The position numbers and the translations under genes are program-made. The notes below the pieces were generated by a model, which saw only the letters and a list, made by a program, of their open reading frames with translations, did no database searches and had not been told where the DNA came from. A stretch of DNA of 64,000 nt from Phoronis australis (lineage: Eukaryota; Animalia; Phoronida), in assembly GCA_002633005.1 (NCBI GenBank), contig NMRA01000871.1:7274-71273 (forward strand). The letters run 5' to 3'. Below, in pieces: positions 1 to 14,057 of the stretch. Position 1 is the stretch's first letter, and the number at the start of each line of letters is the position of its first letter.

Positions 1-744
1 TAGAAATCTTGAATTTGAGAGTGATGGTGTTGAACATTACAATATATATTTTGAATGGCTATGCTGTTGGGTTAGAGGTTGTGCTTGTAAGTAAGAATAC
101 TCGCGATTGGTAATTGCAAAAGCTATGGAACTTTAAATCAGAAAATGTTGCAACTTCTGATTATGGGCCATGGCCAAACAACCAGGAGACTATGTCTGTT
201 GAAAGGATATCTTGTTTTGTTAATTTTGTCCAATCATCTTTCTGTCACCTGCTAATGCATCTTTGACGTTAATCAGGAAAGACAAAAGCAGGAATCAACT
301 AAAAACTCTTACCCCTATCTCACAAATTAGACATTATGTTCCTTGGTCGGTGGCATTTCCCACAGTTGCATGCAATTTGATAAAAGCGTATGTCATGCTT
401 TTACTGTTTAGCAGACGTTGAAAAAAATTTTTGAAAATTTCCTCCAAGTTTTGAGGGTTTTCGATGGTTGCAGAGCATTAATTTGTTGCAGAGAACTAGG
501 TGGGAAGTCGATTTTAGTATTTATAATTTTGAAAAGTTAATCCATTACTGGTTTTTCGAAATTGGGGCCGTTGCCCTACACGACGGTAACTAATTTAAGA
601 ATGCTGTAGGTTCTTGTTGCAAGTCAAAATTCAAATGGACTTTTTATACTAGACTAAGAAATAAAAAGTTCACTCTGACAGTTGTGCTTTCATCTCACAA
701 ATTAACAATTGTGCACAAGCAGGTTTCAGTGCTCAGCTACAATT

Positions 745-1646
745 GTTGTGTAGTCTGTATGTCCCAATAAAGTCTGTGAATATTTTTGTCCAAACACAAC
801 TGTGCAACTCTGTCCACATGTCTCCCAAGATGTCCATGTTACTCCAAGATAAAGTTTCTGTATGCCTGATGTCAATTAGACGCATTCTGACCAGTCTCTG
901 GCTTCAGTGTCATCACATTTCGTTGCAGCTTGTCTAAGGCAAGTACACCTTCTCCAGGCAAAAACTTGGAAATCCTGAAAGCATTGGTAAAATATATTAT
1001 CGTGCGGTTTGGCATTACTGTAGATTTGATAAGGAACATTTGTCTTTTGTTAATGAATTAAATACAACAACAACTGGTTGATTGGGGTCGACATCCTACT
1101 GTATATTGAACAATCAAAACGTATAGAATTATTTTCATTATTGCAGACTGAGCTCACCAATACTTTTATAAATTGACATTTGGTTGGTTTTGGATGGGAT
1201 TTGCTACTGAGATTTGATTTGAGTTCTTGGCCAAAGATTTGCTTTTCTTCAAAAAGTGATTTGAATTGTATGGCTGTATATCTGTTTAAATCAATTGAAG
1301 ACTCAAAACTAAAGTAGCTATAGGAGTCTTTGAGGTCCTGGTGACATTAATATGAATCCCCTTAAAAATGAAAAAGAGCAGACCAAAACAGTACTAAACA
1401 ATTTTGTAAAATGTTTCCCATTGATACATGTAGTCAATACTAAAAACTTAAAAACTTTGTAGTGATTAAGTTTTTAGACAACGGTTTAGTGAATACTTAC
1501 AGTTAATAATGAAACGCAGTTAGCAGATTGCTTCCCACAGCACACTTTTATTTCTTGTTGGCATTTCTTGACACCTGTGACACGGGCACCATGATGGATC
1601 TTCTGATGGTGCTGGGTAATGATCCAGTGAAGTGACCTCTGGTAGC
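745..1646 (-). pseudogene. Decayed two-exon KolX / P2X7 cytoplasmic ballast-like Cys-rich gene
   Basis: Exon 1646-1501: PSWCPCHRCQEMPT../KVCCGKQSANCVSLLT, donor gtaagt. Exon from 974 (tttcag acceptor): DFQVF/EGVLALD...N*HQAYRNFILE*HGHLGRH. Contains frameshifts and stops. Confidence 0.7.
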
Positions 1647-4600
1647 CTAAATTCTAGACTCGGGGGTTTCCAACAGTAGGTCTCTCAATTCCTTCTTTTA
1701 TTCATGCGACTGATTCGACCCTAAAGTGAGAGTAATTCAATCACAACATTCACAGTAATGAGAACATTTTTTATAACTTTTGTTTGTATCGTTGTAGGAT
1801 TTATTTGCCAACAAGTACTGTATGACTATCAGATTGGAAATCATCTACTGGTTTATTATTGGGTTTTGGATTAATTCCTAGGCAGATTTACGGGGGAGGG
1901 GACAGAGGGCCACAAGCAAAATGGCAAGAGTGCGAGGAAATATTGAGTCCACTAATTAATCTCGGTGGCTGTAGGGGGGGGGCTCGACCCGATCATATCA
2001 GGGGACCTGCGTGAATGCCTTCTCATTTTTCTGTTTTTTTAGCCCACTGTTAGCTTTGTAGCCTTTGTAGTACGAGGACCAGAAATTCGAGCAACCTAAT
2101 TTTTCGGGCTGGGTTCTCGCATTCAATCGTAAACCACACTTGCCCAAGACAAAATGTTGCCCCCCCTCGATCCGCCAAAATGTAATTTAGAGATGCAGCC
2201 ATGGAATCGTTTCTACCCCATGCACTATGTCCAGAGCTCTATAATTGCAAACCATGCAGTCACAGCCCCAGGGCCTGGAAATTGAACATCACAGTGTCAC
2301 GCAGGAAACTTATTTTTCGTAAGCAACTGATATCGTGCACATCCGAGTTGTACATAATCTCCCAGAAGAGGAAACGTTAACAACCAAGTTCGAGGAAGTC
2401 ATGAATCACTAAGACTCGATTGCAGGTTTAAAATTGAACACAACTCAAGAGGCTGTAGCCTGTATGTTATGTAATATAGACAAGTACACGGGGGATACGT
2501 CGACTTCGAATGACCCGGGATAGCGACAGAAATAGTTGAGAGAACCGAGGTTCAGAACAAAATAATCTTGTTACGAGTAAGAATCAAGCTGTGTTTTCCA
2601 AATGTTTGCACACTCTGATTTCTTGTTTAGCTGGCAAGAAGTCCCAAAACACCTAACTCACCTCTACCGCTTGTGCTTGACATGTTTCTCTTCCGTCAGC
2701 TGATTCGTGTGCATTATGGGTAATCTCTCCACTGGCAACCTCGCATAAATAATGAGGTTTGGCTGAAGGTCCGCCCACTTTTTATAAATCTAAAAAAAAT
2801 TAATAGTAAAATAACGAGAGTATGTACACGGCTGTAATTTACGAAAAGAGTTAATTTTAGTGATATCTTTCAATTGGCAAAGCTCAATTTGTGATCTAAG
2901 CAGGCGAAAGTAAAGGAAATGGTGACTTTAACATAGCTCTGACTCGGATATTAAGATCATGGGCGCATGAAAACGGAAGAATGCGATCGCTTATATTTTC
3001 ATCCATGATCCATCATTATTCTGAATATGTTATCACTTTTGGAGTAAAAAATTGTTTCGAAGCTCGAACCTTCCTATCGAGCCAGCTAGCTCTAAGAAGA
3101 CTATAGTCAAAATACAACAAGATGCCACTGTGTAGTGAGCACTGACATTCATCGAAATTGCACACAGCCCGAATAGTTACGCTCATCACCTCGTCGTGAA
3201 GCTTGCATCAACATGAGCTAATAACCGGCGGGGTTGCATGCAAAATCAATTAACATTCACCTTGCCCGTTATTACCGTTTAAGCGAAAAATATCCGACGT
3301 CATTTTCGTGCGTAATTCTCTGCATTGGTAACGAAGAATGTATGTCGTCGTTTTGAAAGTAGTACATTCGTGACACGCGCCACTTTCAGAAGTTTTTCGA
3401 CATCTCCCATTAGATGATGACAACATCGCAGCAAAATTTGTTCTAAAATTCGGTTTACAGATATCAAATTCCATAAACACATAATGAAAGGAAACCAATT
3501 CTGATCATTTGTTGTGACGTTTACGCAACCTCGAGGGAGAACGTTTGATTGAAGAATCTGGGAAAAAGAAACTGGCTAATAAGTGACGCAATATTTCATT
3601 GCGCCGAAAGTCGATACAAAAGATCTCACCACAATTTTAGGTGGAGAATAATTGTAGAAAAGCAATTTTTGCAACGCCGGTAAGTAATTTGGATTACTCA
3701 ACGAAAATTACTTTCGGTAAGTTTTACCCAAAACGGCGCAAAGTTGTATATTATCTTAGTAAACAGCTTCGCACCAAGCCCGAGCCCTTTGGAGTAAGAA
3801 CACAATACTTAGAGTTTCGCGTCTACTCCAAGGCGTAAAACTGAAAATAATGTTTTCGGGGTAACTCGTAGCATGTAATCCTAAAGAAGGTAGTTTGCGT
3901 TTTCATGTAGAACGTAAAACTGACTAACCCAGTGATTCAAAAAGAACACAGGCAAACGAAAGCGCACACAATTCTCAGTTCTATGACACAGGTTAAAAAA
4001 CAACTTGTATACTGTAAGTTTATTGCATCGATTCTAGTGATCACCAATACAAGTCAAAAATCTTAAGGGACGCGATTTCAAACCATTGGCATGAATCAGT
4101 GTACTAAAAATTAATTATGACCGATATTTATTGATCAGCAATGTAGACACTACAGTTACAGACACTGGCCGCTTTTGTTAACGTCTTGTGGCAATGATAA
4201 AAATAATTGTTTGTAGTGTGATTGATAACAAGTTTTACTGTGATGAGGTATGAAGTAATATGCATGCCTAATATGCAGATACCAGGTAGCTGAAAAATAT
4301 TTACCGGGTTTAATGAATCCGTTTGTTATGAACCACTGCAAAAGTATGATTGCTAATTGTACATTCGAAGCACACCCGATTAGAATACAAACAGACAAAT
4401 GCTTGATGATCATGGGAGTACCTCTATTACCATTACATGCCAGAACGACATTAGATAGTTGTTGAGCCATAGGGGATAACAAGGCTTACATAACATCACA
4501 CTGAGCCACCTACACTGTACATGTACACCAGGCATCTACAAACTATACGCTATTTCAAAAGAAGCCACAACTACTCATTTTTCATAGTCATAACTACTCA

Positions 4601-5559
4601 TCTTTCATCGTGTTACTAAATCACAAACACCTAGATTTATATAAGACGTTTCATAGTAATATGCTACAAAACCTGCTCTGCCACATTTATGGAAGGCCAA
4701 AGTGGAAACATTTAACGACATATAATTTCTATGCAAAACATTATACATCTCCAGGACCAAAAATAAATATCCCAAAACCAGAACATTTACTTAAGCAAGA
4801 ATCAAAACATTGAGATTGTTTTCACACAGAAGACCAAAAAACAAATCAAGACCAAATTCACCACGTCAAGTCTGAAATTTTATCACATCAGCACCTATAA
4901 TTTATTACGTGAGGACCAAAAATTCTTCACTTCAGGTTCGGTAGAAGATTTCCATTCCTTGTGGAAAACTTGCCTTGAAGCAAAAGCCATCAAGTGTAAA
5001 AAGGCACGTCAATCTGTAAAAAAATAGGTTTTGTTGACCCACAACGGATTATTTCGAGATATAGTAATTCAAGGTTTAAAGTTTAGTTAAATTTATGAGT
5101 TTATTCAATTGTCTTTATGTAGTAAGGATTGCGTAAATAGTTGTACATATTCAGGGCAAATAAAAGTTATATTTATTGACATGTAATTATAAACTTCTTC
5201 TGTTGGGAGTTTCTTCATCACAAAAGCGGTCTTCGAATGCAGAATCTGGAGTATGGTATGTAGTGTTTGTCCTATCATTTTAGTTCAGGTTATTTCCGAA
5301 TATTATCTACACGATTGTTTGTTTTCAAAGCAGGGGGAGAGTTGTGATCAGATATAAATGTGAATGGCTTATTGTTCGCGTACGTGCTATTCGCAGTTAT
5401 AACGTATAATTCAACCGATATTACAATATACGTATGCCTAAGAACGTGCTCCGAGTCAGTGACCCTGTAATCAGTTTGCCGTAAACTTTGTTTATCTAAA
5501 TTTTGAAGACGTGCGTTGTACTTGGCCTAATGTTTATTAATGTAGGGTCCTGACAACAC

Positions 5560-5721
5560 NNNNNNNNNNNNNNNNNNNNNNNNNNNNNNNNNNNNNNNNN
5601 NNNNNNNNNNNNNNNNNNNNNNNNNNNNNNNNNNNNNNNNNNNNNNNNNNNNNNNNNNNNNNNNNNNNNNNNNNNNNNNNNNNNNNNNNNNNNNNNNNNN
5701 NNNNNNNNNNNNNNNNNNNNN
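5560..5721. other. Assembly gap
   Basis: Run of N. Confidence 0.99.
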
Positions 5722-6544
5722 GTCAATATGTTGTTGACAGAAAATATTTATTTTTGGAACAACGTGAACGAAGAACTGATACATGTAACTAGCGCTGATT
5801 TTAACGTCACCGATGCCCTAAAAACGGAATGCGCAAAGCTAGAATTGGTTGTAGCCTCAACAGTGGTTATTCCGTGTTTGATGTCACTGTCCAAGTTCGT
5901 GGAAATCGTAACCCTATGATGAAGTTAGAGTCATCGAAGTCCGTGGGCTTAGGGCATTCTGGAACGTGAAGTTTGCTTCTGTACGGCAAGGGTTAATCAT
6001 ATGAAAATAAAAACCCCGGAGTGAGAGCTCTTCGCGGTGTAACAACTCAATCACTATCCCATCATCATGGGCACGTGATAGGAGTACCGTGGAGAATTTT
6101 AAAAACGCAAAAAGATGCAGTACTGCGTATCACAAACAAAAAACAATTGTGGGCGAAGAGTGTCAAAAATAGCTGCGTTTACAAAATGACTACAGAGTTG
6201 TATTGACCAGGAAGCAGCCAATCTAATGCAGCTTGTTAACGTCACGATTGAAATTAAAGGTCAAATGTAAAGAAAACATTCACGTCTTTTAACCAAAACT
6301 TGTAGCACTGTCCATAATTCAATAATATTACCGCTGGCCTTCAACCTTCAAATTATTGGTGTTACACAACCGATGTAAACTCATGCAACGGAGCAATGAG
6401 CTATACTCCTGGTATAGCTCATTGAACGGAGACAGTGGAACTAGGTTAATTTATTTGACCCTGTGCTAAGACGAATATGCATCGACACGCAAACTGGTAT
6501 CAGCCTGACAACCTATTACGCAACTGCTACTGTAGCCTAAAAAT

Positions 6545-6710
6545 AGCAGCCGACCAGTTGGTCGGCTGATGGCCGGTCGGCTGAAGGGTCGGCTGGGGAG
6601 TCGCCTTATGAGTCGGCACTCCGGGCGGCTGCCGGTCGGCTAATTTGCCGACCGGTCGACGGCCGGCCGTCGACCAATTTCCGACCGGTCGGCCAAAAAT
6701 TCGTGATGTG
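6545..6710. repeat. GC-rich GGTCGG/CCGACC palindromic repeat, probable MITE end
   Basis: Many copies of ggtcgg and ccgacc forming nested hairpins. Confidence 0.55.
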
Positions 6711-8784
6711 TGCTGTACATTCGACACTTGAATCTTGGTATTTAGCACAATTCTGCCCTCGTTTTCACGCATTTAAAATTTTTCGAGCTGTTCTTCGTAC
6801 GGAGTGCTTTAAATGTATTTCACCTTCTAATGCCAGTAAATTTTACTGCTGTGAAGTGGGATGCAACTCCGATGCCAGAAAGTTGAAAAACATGAACCTG
6901 AGAAGTATCCATGTAGAGAGCGTGGTTTTCGAAATAAAATCCGAGACAATATTCTGAGGTATAATTTCGAGTGGGATAATTTTCCATCTATGCCATGAGC
7001 TACACCAGCTTTATAGCTCATTAACCTCCGCCACTGAAGTACTTTTTTATTTGTCCATGCGCTTTGAATTCTTAAGTGTCTTTTTTCTGAAAAAGTTTAA
7101 ATACTTCACATACAGACCCTTAGGAAGCAGGAGGCCCGGGCTGCACGCTCTCCCGAAAAATGCAGGTTTCAAATTGGCAGCCGGCATAAGAATTTGGCCA
7201 GAGACAATCGAGAAAGGACTGCGAAGCATGTAGATGAGAGATCATTCAAGAGAACAATTGGAAACTCAGTATTAGTGTATGGTATGCCCGTTTAGGGCCA
7301 TGGCCAGGACATTGTTATCTGGGTCTACGTTTTTGCGGCATAGGTCGTGTAAACGCTCTTGAAAACGTGCAATTAATCATGCATAAACGTATCTCGAAAA
7401 ATCGAGAAAATTTGTAAAGCGAAGCCTGTTCTTTGTGCATTGATTCACTGGAATTTTAAAATCAATAAGACAATTTTGCTGCAAAACTACAGTTTTCCGG
7501 AGGCCCCTCCATGGCAAGGAATAACGGGGACAACCGTGGCTCTATCTTTTCGTTCTGTTCTCGAAACTTTCACGTTAAAAAATTGATGACCCAACAGGTG
7601 GCACCGTCTGATCTGAATTTTTGAAAACTAATGTAGATATTTTCATATTAAGGGGCCCTGCAAAGAGTCATTGATGACATTCTACAGTACTTGAAACACT
7701 TTTCGTGATATTATTGACAAATTCATAGGGATCGCTCGCCGAAGGAGGGCCCAGTGTTGGAATCGATTACATTGTGTCTCTATTTTCATTTTCATGAAAT
7801 TGTACAACCGGTTTTCATGTTAAGGAAGATCACTTCTTGCAGGGTCCCACGATGACAGAATGAACTGTCACTTTTTAGAGCTTCATGATAATTATCCTTT
7901 CATCTGAATGTGTGCCAGTTCAGTCGGGACCCTCTTTCGGTGGGGCGGTTTCTGGGAATTGTCCCGTTGTCCCACTATAAGTGGCAAGTATTTACGAGGG
8001 TAAAGCTGAGATTCAATTCATCAACAAAACAAAACATCCGTGCACAACACAGCGGTATCAAGTCACTTGACAAAATAAACAAAAAAGTGAAAATAAAATA
8101 GGATTGACCGCCTTCGAAAAGATGAAATTTTAAAGAACGTGTAGACCACTAATTGTGAATCAAACAAAAGGACTATTTCCGATGGTTAGTTGTAAAAAAA
8201 TCCCTTAGTATCAAAAGATTAGTATCTCTTTTGGAAAATCGTTAATTCTAGTTGTTTGTAAGGAATTCGCACATGTCAAAAAGACTACCAAGACTACGAT
8301 TTGTGGTCGAACGGAGTACTCAAAGTACACGTACTCGAAAGCAAAAACAAAGATTTCAGCGCTTTTTAGGAATTCACGTGTAAACAACATCTCCCATGTT
8401 CCTCCCGTTACCCGTCAAAAATCTCCAAGCAAAGTTCGATTCTTTCTTATTTTCACATCCAGAAAAGCATTTATTACCTTGACAGTGTGGGCCCCTCTCA
8501 GCAGGCATCTTTCGAAGTCATAGTGTATTGGACACTAATTTGTGTGATGAGACTGTTCTGGTTATGGAAATAAGAAATATTCAATTTGTACTCTACCAAC
8601 CTTATGAAATTATTTAGTGACAATCACTGAGCATGCCTACGGAAATTGCTTTCATCTTTCCGTTTTGATCAACACATTTCGTCAGTTTGTAATTTGTATG
8701 TCAATGTATCTTTGAAAATAGACAGATTCACAGACGATTTTTGACAACTAATCACATCATTTTGGGCTCAAATGCAATTAGAAG

Positions 8785-9191
8785 ACGGACAATTGCCGCA
8801 AAAAAGAAGGTCATGTTAACTCAACATTTCGTCTTTTCAACAAGATATCATCGCCATGTGGTGAAATGAGAGTGAAAGGTACAGAGAAAGTAAGCGGGTC
8901 ATCACCATAGTTGCAGGGTCACTGAGCTCTGCTTGTTATTGAGAGAATCAGTAGCATGCTGTTCCTGAATGGCCAATGACTCCTTGATATACAGTAATTC
9001 CTTAGCAGGCTCTTTGCAAACAATACTGACTGAATTAGCTTGATGGTTGTTGCTAACACAATGTCTGTAAATGTTACTTTTGTCGGATGTGTTATGTTCT
9101 TTCAGCCTGTCACAGAGGAGTATCTGGGTGAGTCCGATTTAGAATTGCTTACAATTGTCACATTCAATCATATACACAACATTGCTTTTAT
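8785..9191 (-). mobile_element. Penelope-like retroelement 3' fragment (GIY-YIG and pseudo-LTR)
   Basis: Minus strand KSNVVYMIECDNCKQF*IGLTQILLCDRLKEHN; homologous to 17690-18125. Confidence 0.85.
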
Positions 9192-9293
9192 TTAATAAAG
9201 GAATAGGTGATTTCAGTTTCAAAATCATATTGGAAAGTTTGCGAGGAGGTTTAAAAAAAACTACAGTGTATTAGCTGAACGACTGGGTTTAAG

Positions 9294-9496
9294 CACATGA
9301 ACAACATGCATCCATACATCAACTTCACCAGTGAATCTAAACACGAGTAGTGTTTACCTTTCTTAGATGTCTTAGTTAAACGTGAGAGTAGCAACATTGT
9401 TGCATCTGTGTATCGTGACCCCAGTTTTTTTAGATTTATCTTACATTTGACTCTAATTTTGTACCGATCCAATACAAGAGAGGTCTAGTCAATGGG
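9294..9496 (+). mobile_element. Penelope-like reverse transcriptase C-terminal fragment
   Basis: HMNNMHPYINFTSESKHE*CLPFLDVLVKRESSNIVASVYRDP...VPIQYKRGLVN. Confidence 0.85.
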
Positions 9497-12400
9497 GCTA
9501 TTCGGAAAATTTACAATAACTAGAGGGCGCGCGTGTACTAGTGGTGATAGATTTGGCGAGTCCTATAAATACATGGTGAAATGGCTTTTAGGCGTGCCAA
9601 CTGAATCTGAGATTGCCCGAAAAGGGTACTTCCATGAGAGAAAGTAAGCACGTTCTTATACAAAGGTAAGGTTTGTGATTATTTTAACGATTATTCCATG
9701 TTTCTTCTAGTGATGCCTGTTAACTGAGATACTCACCGATGTCGACTTCGCGGCAATCGCCAGTCGGGTTAATCTTTGTCTGTTGTAAAGTGTTACGATA
9801 CTTGACGTCACTCGGGATCTTTTCGTACATCAAATCAGCATTATTGTTTGGAATGATTTCCAACAGGTTTATCAGTGACAGTTACATCAATGAATGCTGA
9901 AGGTTTAACTCAATATTGGTTAGTGAGATTATAATCCAAGCCCAATGCCTTGACAAAGGGTACGTAAATACTGTACTTGTGTATACATTAGACTATTTGT
10001 TTACTCACTATCCTATATCTTCCGGAAATTTATTACACGTTGAAATGAGAATCTATCATGTCTGTTTTCACGTGACCCTTGGTTTTTAGGTTTGATGGCT
10101 TGTACCGTGCAGAGGAGATATGCATCTTTTCCGCATCGACCCTGAATGGACAAAAAATGGTTTTAAGCAATTGACTGCAACTAACCAGCAAGATCTTCTC
10201 ATCCAGAGTAGATCTATTTTTGAAGCCTACTTTCTTCTTCGGAGACAACGAACGAGCTTTGTTACTCCTTTCTCTTCCCACAGCATTTCCACACACCATT
10301 AGTGCTGCATGGCGCAACGTATTTGTCAGTGGCCCTGGTGAAATGTGAATCGCAGTACGAAGTTACCATAATACAACGTGTTGTTTGTGTATGAAGAGGA
10401 ACTATATCTGGCTGCTACACAAGTCAGCCTCGTTGGTGAGGATGCCCTTTCATAGGCAATAAGTCATGTGTGGACAATAGCTTATTTCCTTTCTTGGAAG
10501 AAACATGCTGGATTGGAGCTAAAGAAGACGTAGTAACACTTTGGTCTAGTTCAGGGTCAGATTTTGGGCACAAAACGTGCCAAGTGATATGCTGTTGTGT
10601 TTACCTTCAAGGATCTAATTGAGGCTAAATGAGGTAACCTGGAGAAAAGCCACGTGCCGAACTGGGCATTTTTTACAAGTGCTTCTATAGGCTATTGAAA
10701 CTAGATCTCTGTGAAGTGAAAACCAAAAGCATCTGTCCTTTCACACTGAGTGACATTGACTTTTCTATTCAGAAGAAAGGCTTTATACTAATAGAAAAAA
10801 ATTCAATTTGGTACACATTAAGGGGAAAAGACATTCAGTTACTGCATCGATCGTCGTATTGTCAGTAGAAAGCCAGTTAATGTTACACTTGATGATCCAA
10901 TAAATTTTTCATCAACAGGCAAGTTTGTCACTAATTATTGAAACCACAATATTTCCTCAGTTTTAAAGCCCCATACAATGCAGTTGTGCTTATTCTTTAT
11001 AAAGATGAAATGATTAGCGATTAGGCTTGCGAATTAACGTTTTCCTGTTGACCTCTAGAAATGTGCAGCGATCAAAATCCCTTTGTTTTCATTTGATTTG
11101 TATGTGCGTGTAATTATTTTTAGACCTTTCTTAAGAAGGCCTTTGAACACTTTTAAGTTTGGTGTGAACTTGTCCACAACAAAAGTTCACATACAAGAAA
11201 AGTACATAACTAAACAACATTGTTAAAAACAATTGTAATTTTCCTACGCAATGGAGTCCCTAATCAGGCATATCAAGGGCTGAATTTCTGAATTAAGTTC
11301 AATTACGTATCTCAGGTTATTGCAGGAGGATTGCTTTTCACTTTGTCCAAAGGCAAAATAGAAGGTCAGGCGGCTGGTTTTAGTCGTTTTCTCTCACCTG
11401 TAACAGAATAGTCAGAGAAATATTAGAAAATTATAAAAGAAAACACAAGACAAGACTACTTTAGTAAGGCAGAAGATACTTGACGTTTCATCTTCATGTT
11501 TATATGTAGAAACTAACCAAGTCAACCTTAAGATCTGAATTAAACTATGTGAAACAGGCTAAAAGTGATTTAATAAATTATGTGTATTTTTGTCGACACC
11601 TGAAATGTGCACCTGACCTCAACAAGTAAAATTCATTCTAGGTGTGAATTTTTATTCCAATGCAATGTTATGACGTTTACTGAATAGGTTATTCATATTA
11701 ATTCGGTAACTAATCTGGTAGTCCTGGGGGTGGGGTGCGCTATAAAATAAGGAAACTTACTCATCTAGAGAATTTTATTGGACATAGCATAGCTTTGAAG
11801 AGAAACTGCTGTGAAAAAGTAACCCTTGACTTCTTAGCGTCACGTACCATACACCTCTTTACCCTGGAAGGCTCCTTGAGCGCATTACACCCCTGGAGGA
11901 CAATATGTGAGTACAGTGTATGTGCTGCTACCCTACCCGGCATCCGAGTCCTGGTTGAGTTTCCGAAAAGAAACACTTAGTTCCACTCAATAAACCCGTT
12001 ATTCAATGGGGTAACTAGTGGAGATAACATCACTGAACGATATCGATAGAAACTTGATTGCTAAAAACTTACCAAGTAACGTTATGTAGTCTCCCAAAGG
12101 GCTTGGCATCCACACAGTTTTTGTCCGCAATGCTCCAGGAATGTAGCAACCTTAGGTCCTTTGGTAATTTGTGACCACCTGTCAAAGACTTGCACCAGGG
12201 AAAATAGCAATAATGAGGCTTTGCGCGACGACGTATTTTGATAACAATCCGTCTTTTTACCAGCTGTTTACATGCCGACAGCGAAGCATGCGCAATTCAA
12301 TCACCACTACTATAGCAGCGACACGGCGAGGAGAATTCTCCGAATAGCCCCATTGCTTGTTACACCGCGCCTGGAGAATCTGAAACGCCAGTTATCTCGC

Positions 12401-13199
12401 CTTATGCATTGCATGAACCAAGTCGTTCAGCTAGTAGTTGTTTTCAAACCTGTTTTCAAACTATCAAATATGCTTTGTTAACTGAAATCACCTATCCCTT
12501 TATTAAATAAAAGCAGGAAGAGATAACCAGGAAGGGACAACTAGCTAAACCGCCGTTTTTGGCCTCCTTCCCCGGTCTAATTTCAGGACTTAAGTTTCGT
12601 TTAAAAGGAAACAGATGATTTTATCAGAGAGATTAAAACTTTTTCTATAGAAGGATATCAAAAAACTCACTTTGCAACCTTAAACAGTGGTGTAATTGTA
12701 CTTTAAAAATATCGACTTCAGAGCACTCAATCGCAACTTCCCACACGCAGTCACGGGTATTTAAGCTTTTCCGTCGATGTATAGATGGCGCAGTAGTCAA
12801 GTACTCCCTCATTTGCATATCAAATTTGCATGTGGGAGTTCTGAGACTCGTCAGTTGTTGGTCGAGCGCTTGAGTGGATAAAGCGGTGACCTCCCACTGA
12901 GAGCACGCGCTGATGAAGATACCACTCGATCGCTTCGCAATCAGGAGGTGAAAACACTCTCATGACCGCAGTTCTGAATTCCAGCTAAGCAAGCCCTATT
13001 TCGAGGAGCGGACTTTGAATTGTTTTCGTCCCCTGACAGTGGATTGCAGAGATTAGAATGAGGTCAACATCAAACTTTCTGCGGCTACATGTCGTGTTGA
13101 CAAAAGTTTGAAGTGTCAGAACCATAGACGGAGCGTGCGGGATGTCATGATTCCTGTTCTTCAGTTGACGAAAACATTGCTATTGGCATAAAGAATGGC

Positions 13200-13740
13200 C
13201 GTGGGAAATTAATTTTGAGGTGGACACCTGTATCCAAGAATAAATATTAATACTCTGTAATATCTCATCCTCCGCGTTTCGTTTCTTTTGACGCTGTTTG
13301 AGGTTGCGGTATCGTGAAACAACACTGTCGGGTGAGAGAAGTTGCACCGAATAATTGGAATTGGCTGCAGTTCTTCCTTTAGAATGCCCGGACTCAACTG
13401 TGTCGTTTTCTTGGCAAGTCTCTTGCCTGCCGAAATTTTTCTGAGCATTGAAGACATCGGCCTTCTCTTGCGCCAATCAACCTTTTATCTGCTCAGGCTA
13501 CAAAAATGTTATGCCTAATTTTCTACCATTTTAGCACACTTTGTGGTTCTGCTACAGTTAGCACTGCCATAATCGTATTTCTTAATTCCGCCACAGTATG
13601 CATACTTGGAAGTTAGTTTTGCTAGGTGTTGTTCATCATTAAATGCCTCAAATTCCTTGACGCCATGGACATTTCCGTCAACACAAAACGCACCCTTGCC
13701 ATTCTTAAAAATTCGTATATATGTGCTATAATTGCTTCAA
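13200..13740 (-). mobile_element. Possible decayed DNA-transposase N-terminal region (P-element-like)
   Basis: KYAYCGGI...C then RTAANSNYSVQLLSPDSVVSRYRNLKQ; resemblance recalled from memory only. Confidence 0.3.
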
Positions 13741-14057
13741 AGGACCGGCAGTAACCGTGGCTGGAATGTCGGTAGCTTCGCGACTAAGTATACAACTAAC
13801 TCCTGTTGAAATTCTCCATACTTCCAAATTCTTGTTTGCAGGTGCTGGTAATTGCCTTCAATGGTTTTCATAATAAGAGACTAGAAATGCGAGTTGTCAC
13901 TGCCTTACATTTTCACTGGCCACCTTGCTACAGTCGACTTGCGCAATAGCCGAATTAGTGTCCACATTTGTGGTCACGTGCCGGATACAGGCCCATGAGA
14001 CAAGTTGCAGCAACAAATTCAGTACGAATCTATAAACCCTTTTACACGCACAATTAA

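Noticed and set aside
5340-5970. Hydrophobic or exon-like frames around the N gap
   Set aside because: No in-frame ATG for the hydrophobic stretch, stops nearby, no recognisable domain
9106-9127. Apparent + strand micro-exon (ttcag...gtgagt, CHRGVSG)
   Set aside because: It is the antisense of the Penelope GIY-YIG fragment and is also present in the 17.7-kb copy
9575-10350. Candidate upstream RPTP exons with plausible splice sites
   Set aside because: They could not be chained in phase without stops, and no signal peptide or known domain was found
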